A stretch of 64,000 bases of DNA, taken from positions 25,270-89,269 of the forward strand of contig CALABJ010000017.1 in NCBI GenBank assembly GCA_937885645.1, written 5' to 3'. The position numbers were made by a program, and so were the translations under genes. The notes below the pieces were generated by a model. It was not told where the DNA came from. It searched no databases and saw only the letters and a list, made by a program, of their open reading frames with translations. The stretch comes from an uncultured Clostridia bacterium (GTDB lineage Bacteria; Bacillota; Clostridia; Christensenellales; CAG-917). Positions 44,534-54,119 of this stretch are shown here, piece after piece. Each line of letters starts with the position of its first letter. Position 1 is the stretch's first letter.

Positions 44534-44665
44534 TTGACTTTTGCCCCTGAAAAGTGTAGTATCAAATCAATCGAATATCAATCTTGTTTTTGCCGTCGGG
44601 TAAAAACGCTGGCATCAGGACGCTCACCAGTAGACCTTTGAAGGTGACGTCAAGGTGCCTTTTTT
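44534..44665 (+). promoter_or_regulatory. Promoter TTGACT-17-TAGTAT plus a ~100-nt structured leader ending in a terminator-like, Shine-Dalgarno-sequestering hairpin
   Basis: -35 at 44534..44539 and -10 at 44557..44562. The hairpin GGCA..GACGcTCACC-N14-GGTGACGTC..TGCC spans 44611..44659 and is followed by T6 (44660..44665), which abuts the GTG start. AAGGTG (44652..44657) lies in the 3' arm. Confidence 0.5.
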
Positions 44666-46048
44666 GTGAGTATGACTGAGAAACACCCTTATCTTAAACC
44701 TTTTGCTAAATACGTTATGCTCAACGTCCTTGGAATGCTTGGGCTGTCTTGCTATATTTTGGCGGACACCTTTTTCATTTCAAAAGGTCTTGGCACCCTT
44801 GGTCTTACCGCACTGAATCTTGCTCTGCCTGTGTTCAGTTTCATACAAGGCGTGTCCCTTATGCTGGGCGTTGGCGGTGGCATAAAGTATGCTGTGGCAA
44901 AGGCTTCTGGAGATCAAAAGTCTGCAAACTCCACCTTCAGCGTCACACTGGTGCTGTCCGCGGTGCTTTCATTGATATTTGTGCTTCTTGGGGCTCTTGC
45001 ATCAAGACCTCTTACAACTTTCCTCAAAGCAGACAGTGAAGTCTTTGAGATGACTCATCAATATCTCAAAGTCATACTTCTCTTTGCTCCTGCTTTTATT
45101 TTCAGCAATGTATTTGCAAGTTTTGTCCGCAACGATGGAAATCCTAAACTGGCAATGTTTGCAACGTTATTTGGCAGTTTATTCAACATAGTATTTGACT
45201 ACGTGCTCATCTTCCCTTGCGGTTTAGGCATACTTGGCGCAGTGCTTGCAACAGGCATCGCACCTGTCACAGGCATCGTCATTTGCGGATTCCACTGGAT
45301 ACTGAAAAAGGGTCCCCTCCGTGTTGCAAAAACAGATTTCAAGCCTAAAACAGTGTTTTCAGTCCTCGGTCTTGGTCTGCCCTCTCTGGTGACAGAGTTT
45401 GCAGGTGGCATTGTTATGATTGTGTTCAACAGCGTCATTTTGGACCTTGAAGGCAACGTCGGTGTGTCTGCATATAGCGTGGTGGCAAACATCGCTTTCG
45501 TAGTTCTATCCATGTATTCTGGTGTTGCACAGGGTGTTCAACCTCTTCTCAGTGAGGCTCACGGAAGAAAGGATTTGAAGGCAAAAGACACCCTTCTCAA
45601 ATACTCACTTTTAACTGTTGGTGTGGTGTCAAGTGTGATATACGTCTTCATCGCAGCATTTGCCCCTGAAATCACCGCAATCTTCAACAGCGAAAATAAC
45701 GTGAGACTGGCAGAAATTGCTTCCTTTGGCATGATAATCTACTTTATCGGCTCAATTTTCGCCAGCGGAAATGCAATCTTCTCAACCTACTTTGCTTCAA
45801 TTGAAAAGCCTATCCCCTCGCAAGCCATAACCATACTTAAAGGCCTTGTGATAATAATCCCTTTCATCTATCTATTTTCACACTTTATGGGCATGACGGG
45901 CGTGTGGCTTGCCTACGTCCTCACTGAGCTTATTGTTCTTGTTATGGCAGTGGCAATCTATATCCTCTTCCGCAAACGTACAAAGAAGAAACTGCTGAAA
46001 GAAGCAAAAGTCGATGACATTCCTGAAAAAGTCACTTTTGAAAATTAA
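44666..46048 (+). CDS. MATE-family multidrug/sodium efflux transporter
   Basis: 460 aa with 12 predicted TM segments and a typical MATE N-terminus (LNVLGMLGLSCYILADTFFISKGLG). The start is GTG 44666 or ATG 44672. Confidence 0.88.
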   Translation: MSMTEKHPYLKPFAKYVMLNVLGMLGLSCYILADTFFISKGLGTLGLTALNLALPVFSFIQGVSLMLGVGGGIKYAVAKASGDQKSANSTFSVTLVLSAVLSLIFVLLGALASRPLTTFLKADSEVFEMTHQYLKVILLFAPAFIFSNVFASFVRNDGNPKLAMFATLFGSLFNIVFDYVLIFPCGLGILGAVLATGIAPVTGIVICGFHWILKKGPLRVAKTDFKPKTVFSVLGLGLPSLVTEFAGGIVMIVFNSVILDLEGNVGVSAYSVVANIAFVVLSMYSGVAQGVQPLLSEAHGRKDLKAKDTLLKYSLLTVGVVSSVIYVFIAAFAPEITAIFNSENNVRLAEIASFGMIIYFIGSIFASGNAIFSTYFASIEKPIPSQAITILKGLVIIIPFIYLFSHFMGMTGVWLAYVLTELIVLVMAVAIYILFRKRTKKKLLKEAKVDDIPEKVTFEN

Positions 46049-46070
46049 CCCCTAGCAATTGCAAAAATAA

Positions 46071-46095
46071 AACCACACTTTGTGTGGTTTTTTAA
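46071..46095 (+). terminator. Rho-independent terminator after the MATE gene
   Basis: AACCACAC-ttt-GTGTGGTT followed by a T-run. Confidence 0.75.
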
Positions 46096-46200
46096 TTTTA
46101 TAAAAATGAAAACACACTTAGATGCACCGTGCAAAACCTTAGCAATTTCAGCATAATCTTAAAAAAACGTGATATTTGGATGGATGACAAGAAAGAAAAA

Positions 46201-46480
46201 CTCACAGGGGTCGTAGCGTACTTATCGTACGTGAGAATCCTGTGAGTTGAATCTGCCGAAGTCAGGCGCCAAATAGCGCGTTTGTTGAAAAGTATTAAAA
46301 GGCATCACAGTGATGTATAATGAGAAAAGCCTCAGCTTTCCGACTGATACGTACTTGTTGTACGTGACTGGTTCTCATTTGAGAGAATATAAAAAGGCAA
46401 TAAATCGATGAAGAGCGCGAAAAAGCCCTGATAGACCGTCCGCAGTGTACTTAGCGTACATAAGGGTGGGATATCAGGGC
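46201..46480. repeat. Three related long imperfect hairpins with a conserved GTAC-N5-GTAC apex
   Basis: A (46201..46246) has outer stem CTCACAGG/CCTGTGAG. B spans about 46329..46386. C (46425..46480) has outer stem GCCCTGATA/TATCAGGGC. Apex sequences are GTACTTATCGTAC, GTACTTGTTGTAC and GTACTTAGCGTAC. Each has an A-run before it on the plus strand, which is a T-run after it on the minus strand. Confidence 0.7.
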
Positions 46481-46512
46481 TTTGACAATGCTATTCGCGA
46501 TTTAGTGCCTTT

Positions 46513-47811
<1,299 letters not shown>

Positions 47812-49179
47812 CTATTTTTCAACACTTTGCAATTCGTTTAATATGGCTTTTGCAGACTTTTTGCCTGCTCCCATTGCAAGAATAACCGTGGCAGCGCCTG
47901 TCATGGCGTCTCCGCCTGCGTATAGGCGAGGAACGGACGTTAGTCCGTTTTCGTCTGCAACGATGGTGCCCTTGGGGCTAAACTCAAGTGATGCAAAACT
48001 ATTTTTGATGATAGGATTTGGGGACGTGCCAAGGGCGACTATGACCTCATCGCATTCGATGTCATACTCACTGTCCTTGACTTCAACAGGGCGACGGCGT
48101 CCGCTGGCATCAGGCTCACCAAGTTCCATCTTAATGAGACACATACCTGTCACTTTTCCGTCTTTTCCAAGGATTTCCACAGGGTTTGTCAGAAGATTGA
48201 ATTCGATTCCTTCCTCTTCCGCATGGTGGATTTCCTCTTCACGGGCGGGCATTTCTGCTCTACTGCGACGATAGACAAGGCGGACGTCTGCACCTAGACG
48301 ACGAGCGGTGCGAGCGGCGTCCATTGCCACATTGCCTGCGCCTACAACAACAACGGACTTGCCAAGCAAAACGGGTGTTGCTGAGTCTGTCTTGTATGCT
48401 TTCATCAAATTGACTCGGGTGAGATATTCGTTTGCAGAATACACTCCACCAAGATTTTCCCCCTTTATACGCAAGAACATAGGAAGTCCTGCCCCTGAGC
48501 CAATGAAAACTGCATCGTATTCTTCAAGAAGTTCGTCAACAAAAATTGTTTTGCCAACAACTACGTTTGTTTCAATTTTGACACCCATATCTACAAGTTT
48601 CTCAATCTCTTTGCGGACAAGTTCCTTAGGAAGACGAAACTCGGGGATGCCATATACAAGCACTCCACCTGCTTCGTGAAGAGCCTCATATACTACAACG
48701 TTGACACCTGCTTTTGCAAGGTCACTAGCGCAAGTAAGACCGGCAGGTCCACTACCTACAACTGCAACTTTGAAGCGGTTAGATGCCTGTTTTTCTGGCT
48801 TAATACCCTTTTCAAGTGCCCAGTCTGCCACGTATCTTTCAAGGCTTCCTATTGCCACTGAGCCACCAAGTTTTACCTTGCGGACGCAGAGGTTTTCGCA
48901 TTGGTGCTCCTGAGGACAAACTCTGCCACAAATTGCGGGAAGATTGTTGTCAAGGGTGATGGTGTGATATGCGCCCTCAACGTCCCCCTCTTTCAGTTGA
49001 GAAATAAATACAGGGATTTTGACTCCAACAGGACAACCTGCCATACAAGGTGCGTGCTTGCAATTAAGACATCTACTTGCTTCTTCAAGAGCAAGGGCGG
49101 GAGTGTAGCCTAAAGCAACTTCTTTGAAGTTGTGGATTCTTTCATTTGGTGCCTGTGTGGGCATAATTGTTCTATCCAT
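47812..49179 (-). CDS. nfnB: NADPH-dependent glutamate-synthase-beta-like oxidoreductase; NfnB-type subunit
   Basis: Start at MDRTIMPTQ (GGGGG upstream). Has 4Fe-4S Cys clusters (CLNCKHAPC, CPV...CGRVCPQEHQC) and two dinucleotide folds (VVGSGPAG, VVGAGNVAMD). Paired with an NfnA-like gene. Confidence 0.8.
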   Translation of the reverse strand: MDRTIMPTQAPNERIHNFKEVALGYTPALALEEASRCLNCKHAPCMAGCPVGVKIPVFISQLKEGDVEGAYHTITLDNNLPAICGRVCPQEHQCENLCVRKVKLGGSVAIGSLERYVADWALEKGIKPEKQASNRFKVAVVGSGPAGLTCASDLAKAGVNVVVYEALHEAGGVLVYGIPEFRLPKELVRKEIEKLVDMGVKIETNVVVGKTIFVDELLEEYDAVFIGSGAGLPMFLRIKGENLGGVYSANEYLTRVNLMKAYKTDSATPVLLGKSVVVVGAGNVAMDAARTARRLGADVRLVYRRSRAEMPAREEEIHHAEEEGIEFNLLTNPVEILGKDGKVTGMCLIKMELGEPDASGRRRPVEVKDSEYDIECDEVIVALGTSPNPIIKNSFASLEFSPKGTIVADENGLTSVPRLYAGGDAMTGAATVILAMGAGKKSAKAILNELQSVEK

Positions 49180-49180
49180 A

Positions 49181-50005
49181 CTACCCCCTAATATTGCAAA
49201 CATGAGCTTGCTCAAACTCTCTATAGGTGGACGAGCGTGCAATTGCTTCGTCAAAATCTACTTTTGCTCCGTCAAATTCAGGGCCGTCAATGCAAGCGTA
49301 TTTCACCTTGCCATCAACTGTCAAACGACAGCATCCGCACATGCCTGTGCCGTCAACCATCATTGAATTCATGCTGACAACTGACTTTATACCATATTTC
49401 TCTGCCAGTTTTGCCACAAATTTCATCATCACAAGAGGACCAACTGCAAAAATTACGTCAAATTTCTTTCCACTTTCAACAAGTGCAGTTATTTCATCGG
49501 TGACAAGACCGCGTCTTCCCTTACTGCCGTCATCGGTGACGTAGTGAGTGGGGGCAAGAGCGGTGAATTCATCTTCATAGAAGAAAAGGCTTTTGTTTCT
49601 TGCGCCTAAAATAATTTCAAACTTTTTGCCTTTTGAGTGCAATTCCTTTGCTTGAGGATAGATAACAGCAGAGCCAATTCCACCGCCAACGAGAAGGATA
49701 TTTTCAAACTCGTCAAGGTCGGTAGGATTGCCAAGAGGGCCGACAAAATCACGAAGACACTCACCCTCTTTCATTGTGGCAAGTTTCATTGTTGTTGCGC
49801 CAACTTCTTGCACCATAATGGAAACTGTGCCATTTTCACGGGAGTAATCGCAAATGGTGAAAGGCACTCTTTCTCCTTCACTGTCTGTGCGCAAAATGAT
49901 AAATTGACCGGCACGGCAGTGTCTGGACACAAGAGGTGCGTATATCACATACTCGTTGACGCGGTCACACAAATACTTTTTTGAAACGATTTGGTATTTC
50001 TCCAT
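49181..50005 (-). CDS. nfnA: Sulfide/dihydroorotate dehydrogenase-like FAD/NAD-binding subunit; NfnA-type
   Basis: 274 aa ferredoxin-NADP-reductase-like fold with a C-terminal 2Fe-2S Cys cluster (GTGMCGCCR ... C). Immediately upstream of nfnB. Confidence 0.8.
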   Translation of the reverse strand: MEKYQIVSKKYLCDRVNEYVIYAPLVSRHCRAGQFIILRTDSEGERVPFTICDYSRENGTVSIMVQEVGATTMKLATMKEGECLRDFVGPLGNPTDLDEFENILLVGGGIGSAVIYPQAKELHSKGKKFEIILGARNKSLFFYEDEFTALAPTHYVTDDGSKGRRGLVTDEITALVESGKKFDVIFAVGPLVMMKFVAKLAEKYGIKSVVSMNSMMVDGTGMCGCCRLTVDGKVKYACIDGPEFDGAKVDFDEAIARSSTYREFEQAHVCNIRG

Positions 50006-50045
50006 GATTTTATCCTAAAAAACGATGATTTTGAGAAAAGTATTC

Positions 50046-50672
50046 TCAATTTTGGCTGTTTTTATAGTGGTTGCAGTGGTTTTTCAAAGGACACTCTCCA
50101 CAATTTGGCTTTTTTGCGGTGCAAACGTATCTGCCATGAAAGATGAGATAATGGTGAAGTTTTGACCAAACTTCCTCGTCAAAACCTGCCATCAACTGCT
50201 CCTCTACCTTTTCTGGCGTGTCGCCATTTGCTATGCCTAAACGATTGGAAACTCTAAACACGTGGGTGTCAACTGCGATTGCATTTTTGCCAAATGCAAC
50301 TGCACTGACTACGTTGGCGGTCTTGCGACCTACCCCACTGAGTTTCATAAGTTCCTCTCTCGTTTCGGGCACTCCGCCGAGGGCAAGGACGCTTGCAGAC
50401 ATTTCTTTGATTGACTTTGCTTTGTTGTGATAGAATCCACAGGAGTGGATATGCTCTTCAAGTTCCTCTATGGGCATATTGACAAACGCCTCAGGGGTTG
50501 AGGCAATCTTGAAAAGGTCCTTGGTGACCAAATTGACACGCTTGTCCGTGCATTGGGCAGACAAAATCACCGCTACGAGAAGCTCGAAGGGGGTGGTGAA
50601 GTCCAGCTCACATTTGGCATCAGCGTGCAACGTGGACAAAAGATTGTAGATTTCTTCGTTGGTTTTTGTCAT
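50046..50672 (-). CDS. nth: Endonuclease III (Nth), DNA glycosylase/AP lyase
   Basis: HhH-GPD motif (LMKLSGVGRKTANVV) and a C-terminal 4Fe-4S cluster C..........C..C.....C. Confidence 0.93.
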   Translation of the reverse strand: MTKTNEEIYNLLSTLHADAKCELDFTTPFELLVAVILSAQCTDKRVNLVTKDLFKIASTPEAFVNMPIEELEEHIHSCGFYHNKAKSIKEMSASVLALGGVPETREELMKLSGVGRKTANVVSAVAFGKNAIAVDTHVFRVSNRLGIANGDTPEKVEEQLMAGFDEEVWSKLHHYLIFHGRYVCTAKKPNCGECPLKNHCNHYKNSQN

Positions 50673-50737
50673 ACACAAATAATATCACTTCACGCGTGTT
50701 TTATCAAGCGCAATAAGGAACTCCACTCCTAAGTTCC

Positions 50738-50986
50738 TTAAAATTTTACACTTTTTCCGTCACTATTCAAGTAAAATCTGCCGATGACTGAGTTGTATCT
50801 CCCCCTTTCAAGGACTTGCATGGCAACGGGTAAGTTGCGGACTAGGCATTTTACAGACAATCCACAGCCTACTGACGCCGATGAGGGCGTGTTGATGAGG
50901 GTGGCGGATATGCGATAGACTGCAAGTTGCTCATAGTAGAGTGCCGCTTCTCTTCTGGAACGGAACGCAATAAAAAACTCTCTCAT
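50738..50986 (-). CDS. DUF3343-family small protein
   Basis: 82 aa. The pattern F.S...A...E..L....I...L...P.S.S.GCGLS resembles DUF3343. Confidence 0.6.
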   Translation of the reverse strand: MREFFIAFRSRREAALYYEQLAVYRISATLINTPSSASVGCGLSVKCLVRNLPVAMQVLERGRYNSVIGRFYLNSDGKSVKF

Positions 50987-51096
50987 AACTCTCTCTCCAA
51001 AATATATGTATCCGTTCCTATTTATACTCTACTCAATTCGACATTTTTTGGTGAAAAGCCTAGCAAACGGAAAACTGTGCGGTCATATACTATAAC

Positions 51097-52203
51097 ATGA
51101 TTTATCTTGACAATGCAGCGACATCACATTTCAAACCTAAGTGCGTGTATGACGCTCTTCTTTACGATGTAAAAAATTCTGCAAACAGCGGGCGCAGTGG
51201 ACATAAACTTGCCCTATCTCGCTCGCTAGCCATTGAAAATTCAAGGTCATACCTTCTTGAAAAGTTCGGTGGAGATCATCTTGTGTTCACAAAAAACTGC
51301 ACCGAGGCCTTGAATTTGGGCATTTTGGGTTATTTGACGGAGGGAATGAAGGTTGTCACCACAGAAAACGAGCATAATAGCGTGCTGCGCCCTCTTTACG
51401 CCCTTGAACGACGTGGGGTGATAACTTTACTCGTCCTGCCCGTAATTGACGGAAAAACGCCCTTTGAGAGCCTCGTAGAGGCTGGGAAGACGGCGGACCT
51501 CGTTGTGGTGAGCCTTGCATCTAACGTTTTGGGGGCAACGGTTGATATCCCTGCACTAAAATCAGCACTGAAAAACTCAAATGCTAAGATCCTTGTGGAC
51601 GGTGCACAGGGTGTGCCATATATTCCTTTCGATATGAATTCTGCGGATATGCTTGCCCTTCCTGCCCATAAAGGGCTTCACGGGGTGCAAGGGGTGGGCG
51701 CGCTAATCTTCAACGATGACGTGAAATTGAATCCTATCCTCTATGGTGGCACGGGGACGGAATCTTTCAGCCCATATCAACCTACCACTATCCCCGAGTG
51801 CTTTGAATCAGGCACTATGTTTTCAGGAGGGATATGTGCTTTTGGTGAGGGAGCTAGGTGGACTTTTGATCGAGTTGATAAAATACGCAAGATTGTCCGC
51901 TCTTTGGCAACCGAATGCGCCTATAACCTTAAAAATATGGGCATGATGGTGTATTCTAAGGAATATGACACCGGCATCGTCACTTTCAACATTGACGACA
52001 AGGACTCCCAACAAGTGGCATCTAGCCTTGACGAAATGGGTTTTGCGGTCCGTGGGGGTGTCCATTGTGCGCCCCTCATTCACAAACGGCTTGGCACGGA
52101 CAAGCAAGGTGCGGTGAGAGTCAGTTTCGGTGTAAATAACACCGAAAGGGATTTAATAAAGTTGCTGTCTACCGTTGAAAAAATCAAAGGTCAAGGACTT
52201 TGA
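51097..52203 (+). CDS. Class V aminotransferase-fold cysteine desulfurase family protein
   Basis: 368 aa with YLDNAATS, the PLP-lysine context PAHKGLHG, and the catalytic Cys loop RGGVHCAP. Confidence 0.85.
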   Translation: MIYLDNAATSHFKPKCVYDALLYDVKNSANSGRSGHKLALSRSLAIENSRSYLLEKFGGDHLVFTKNCTEALNLGILGYLTEGMKVVTTENEHNSVLRPLYALERRGVITLLVLPVIDGKTPFESLVEAGKTADLVVVSLASNVLGATVDIPALKSALKNSNAKILVDGAQGVPYIPFDMNSADMLALPAHKGLHGVQGVGALIFNDDVKLNPILYGGTGTESFSPYQPTTIPECFESGTMFSGGICAFGEGARWTFDRVDKIRKIVRSLATECAYNLKNMGMMVYSKEYDTGIVTFNIDDKDSQQVASSLDEMGFAVRGGVHCAPLIHKRLGTDKQGAVRVSFGVNNTERDLIKLLSTVEKIKGQGL

Positions 52204-53275
52204 TTCCGTCCTTTTCCTTTGCTAAGGACATAACCAAACCTTTTGCCTGCCTAGGTGAAAGGTTTTTGTATTTTTGGTGAAGCAAACAACATAATCCTGC
52301 AACGGCAGGCGCTGACACCGACGTGCCACTCATATAGGAATAAGTGCCACCTACCTCCAAACCTTTGAGCCTTACGCCTTTGGCGTAAACATCGGGCCGT
52401 GATATGCCGTGATAAGTGCCGTATGAGGAAAATTTGGCGAGGACTCCATCGTCATCAACTGCGCCTACTGATATGACCTCACCGCTGACGGCTGGGGATT
52501 TCAGATTATTTTCTCCGTTGTTGCCCACCGCACAAACCACCGTCAAGCCTCTTCGCACAAGCATTTCTGCGCCGATTTTCAAGGGGTCTGCAGTGTCTGT
52601 GGGTTCTGCACCAAAACTCATACAAGCCACTTTAATTCCAAGGCGATGAAAATTGTCGTAAAGCCATTGCATACCGTCAAGGATTTTGAAGGTGCTGCTG
52701 TCACCATTTGCGGATATTGCCTTTATTGCCACAACACCGCTTTCAGGGGCTATGCCTTTGCAAGTTTTGCCCGAGCAAAGTCCGTTGCCCACCGCAACTC
52801 CTGTGACAAAAGTGCCGTGGCCGTTGTCGTCGTAGGGGTTTTCCTCTCCGTTGAGGACGTCGTAAAAGCCGTAAATTCGGTTTTTCGGCACACACAAATC
52901 TAGATGAGTGCCAACGCCTGTGTCGATGACTGCAAGGCCTACTCCCGCGCCGGTCAGTCCTTCCGCTTTCAAGGCGTGGACACTGCCGTTTTCAGGCAAA
53001 TAGGCTTCGTCAAAAGGATTTAGGAGTGTGTCACCTAGGGCGGATACGTGCATTGAAGCGGAAACGAATTCCACCGAGTGGCTTCGTGAAAGTTTGACAA
53101 GGTCATCTCTCACACACTCTACTCCTATGGAATTGATGAAGGGATAATATCGCACTACTTTAAGACTTTGTCTTAATGAGGCGAACTCCAAGGGTGAGCG
53201 CAACTTGACAACTGCCTGCGCTTTATCCTTGACCGACAAGACGCTTACAAGATTTTCGTCTATCCGTGCCGTCAT
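52184..53275 (-). CDS. Subtilisin-like serine peptidase (S8 family), no signal peptide
   Basis: 363 aa with the catalytic triad motifs VIDTGV, HGTFVTG and GTSVSAPAVAG. Confidence 0.88.
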   Translation of the reverse strand: MTARIDENLVSVLSVKDKAQAVVKLRSPLEFASLRQSLKVVRYYPFINSIGVECVRDDLVKLSRSHSVEFVSASMHVSALGDTLLNPFDEAYLPENGSVHALKAEGLTGAGVGLAVIDTGVGTHLDLCVPKNRIYGFYDVLNGEENPYDDNGHGTFVTGVAVGNGLCSGKTCKGIAPESGVVAIKAISANGDSSTFKILDGMQWLYDNFHRLGIKVACMSFGAEPTDTADPLKIGAEMLVRRGLTVVCAVGNNGENNLKSPAVSGEVISVGAVDDDGVLAKFSSYGTYHGISRPDVYAKGVRLKGLEVGGTYSYMSGTSVSAPAVAGLCCLLHQKYKNLSPRQAKGLVMSLAKEKDGIKVLDL

Positions 53276-53577
53276 TTTATTGCGTCAATTAGGGTGCGGA
53301 GTTTTTTCAGTTGGTCGGGTGACATAAACATACCTGCGGTTTGATACAACCTTTCAAGGTCGTTTACGTTCAGTGAGCCGTTCATGTTCATTTTGCCGGC
53401 GGTGGACATAAGTTCACTGAGCCGTTCCTCTTCACTCATAGAGTTGAGCCTTGCGATTTGCTCTGCCATATTTGCGTTTGCACTGCTGTTTTGACGAGGA
53501 TTGACCTTGCCTTGATGAGGATTAGCGTTGCTTTGATTTTCTGCCAAATTATGTAAGTCCTTTTCCCAAAAATTCAT
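53272..53577 (-). CDS. Hypothetical small protein (N/M/S-rich)
   Basis: 101 aa from MNFWEKDL (GGAG upstream). Translationally coupled to the S8 peptidase gene by a 4-nt overlap. Confidence 0.55.
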   Translation of the reverse strand: MNFWEKDLHNLAENQSNANPHQGKVNPRQNSSANANMAEQIARLNSMSEEERLSELMSTAGKMNMNGSLNVNDLERLYQTAGMFMSPDQLKKLRTLIDAIK

Positions 53578-53632
53578 ATTGTCTCCTTCACATTCATAGT
53601 ATGCAAGCATATACTGATTGTGCAGGTGAATT

Positions 53633-54070
53633 ATGTTTTTTGACGAAAAAATGATGGGTATCATCAATATGCTGGGCGCACTAAACGGCGGTCAAGAAAA
53701 GACGGATAAATCAAACATTCCGCAGTCTAGTTTTGATATGTCAAAATTGATGGGGATGATGAGCCTCCTTCAAGGATTGAACAAAACTGGACAAAACTCC
53801 GCAGGATTTGGGCAAATGGGTGGTCAAGGTGTTGACGTCGGGAAACTACTGCCCCTCATCTCTATGCTGAAAAGCGGAAATCCGCTTAATAACTTCAGTG
53901 CGACAACCACTGAAAAGGTTGAAAAACAATCTGCCCAGGTGCTCAGTGAAGAAAACGTGAAAGAAAACAAAATAGGTGGATACAAGGGGAAATACTCCGC
54001 CGTATCCTTCGCAGGAAATGAGGTGATATACAACCTGGGCAAGTTGTGGAAAATAAAAAGACAGGACTAA
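53633..54070 (+). CDS. Hypothetical small protein (M/G/N/Q-rich)
   Basis: 145 aa with Shine-Dalgarno AGGTGA. Low-complexity repeats (MGMMSLLQGLNK, LPLISMLKSGN). Confidence 0.55.
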   Translation: MFFDEKMMGIINMLGALNGGQEKTDKSNIPQSSFDMSKLMGMMSLLQGLNKTGQNSAGFGQMGGQGVDVGKLLPLISMLKSGNPLNNFSATTTEKVEKQSAQVLSEENVKENKIGGYKGKYSAVSFAGNEVIYNLGKLWKIKRQD

Positions 54071-54119
54071 GTCCTGTCTTCTTTTTGTGTTTCAGTTTAA
54101 TTTTGTTTCAATTTGATTA

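Noticed and set aside
46184-46480. Small ORFs through the GTAC hairpins: plus-strand MTRKKKLTGVVAYLSYVRIL, and minus-strand peptides sharing Y-x-K-Y
   Set aside because: Only one of the three minus-strand frames (C) begins with a start codon, none has a Shine-Dalgarno, and the frames and lengths are inconsistent. The shared Y-x-K-Y comes from the conserved GTAC-N5-GTAC nucleotides. A structural RNA or DNA explanation is simpler.
46201-46480. Possible CRISPR array or type III toxin-antitoxin RNA repeats
   Set aside because: The repeats are not identical. Spacing is irregular (133 and 96 bp between apexes). No cas or toxin gene is adjacent. Only the hairpin design is shared.
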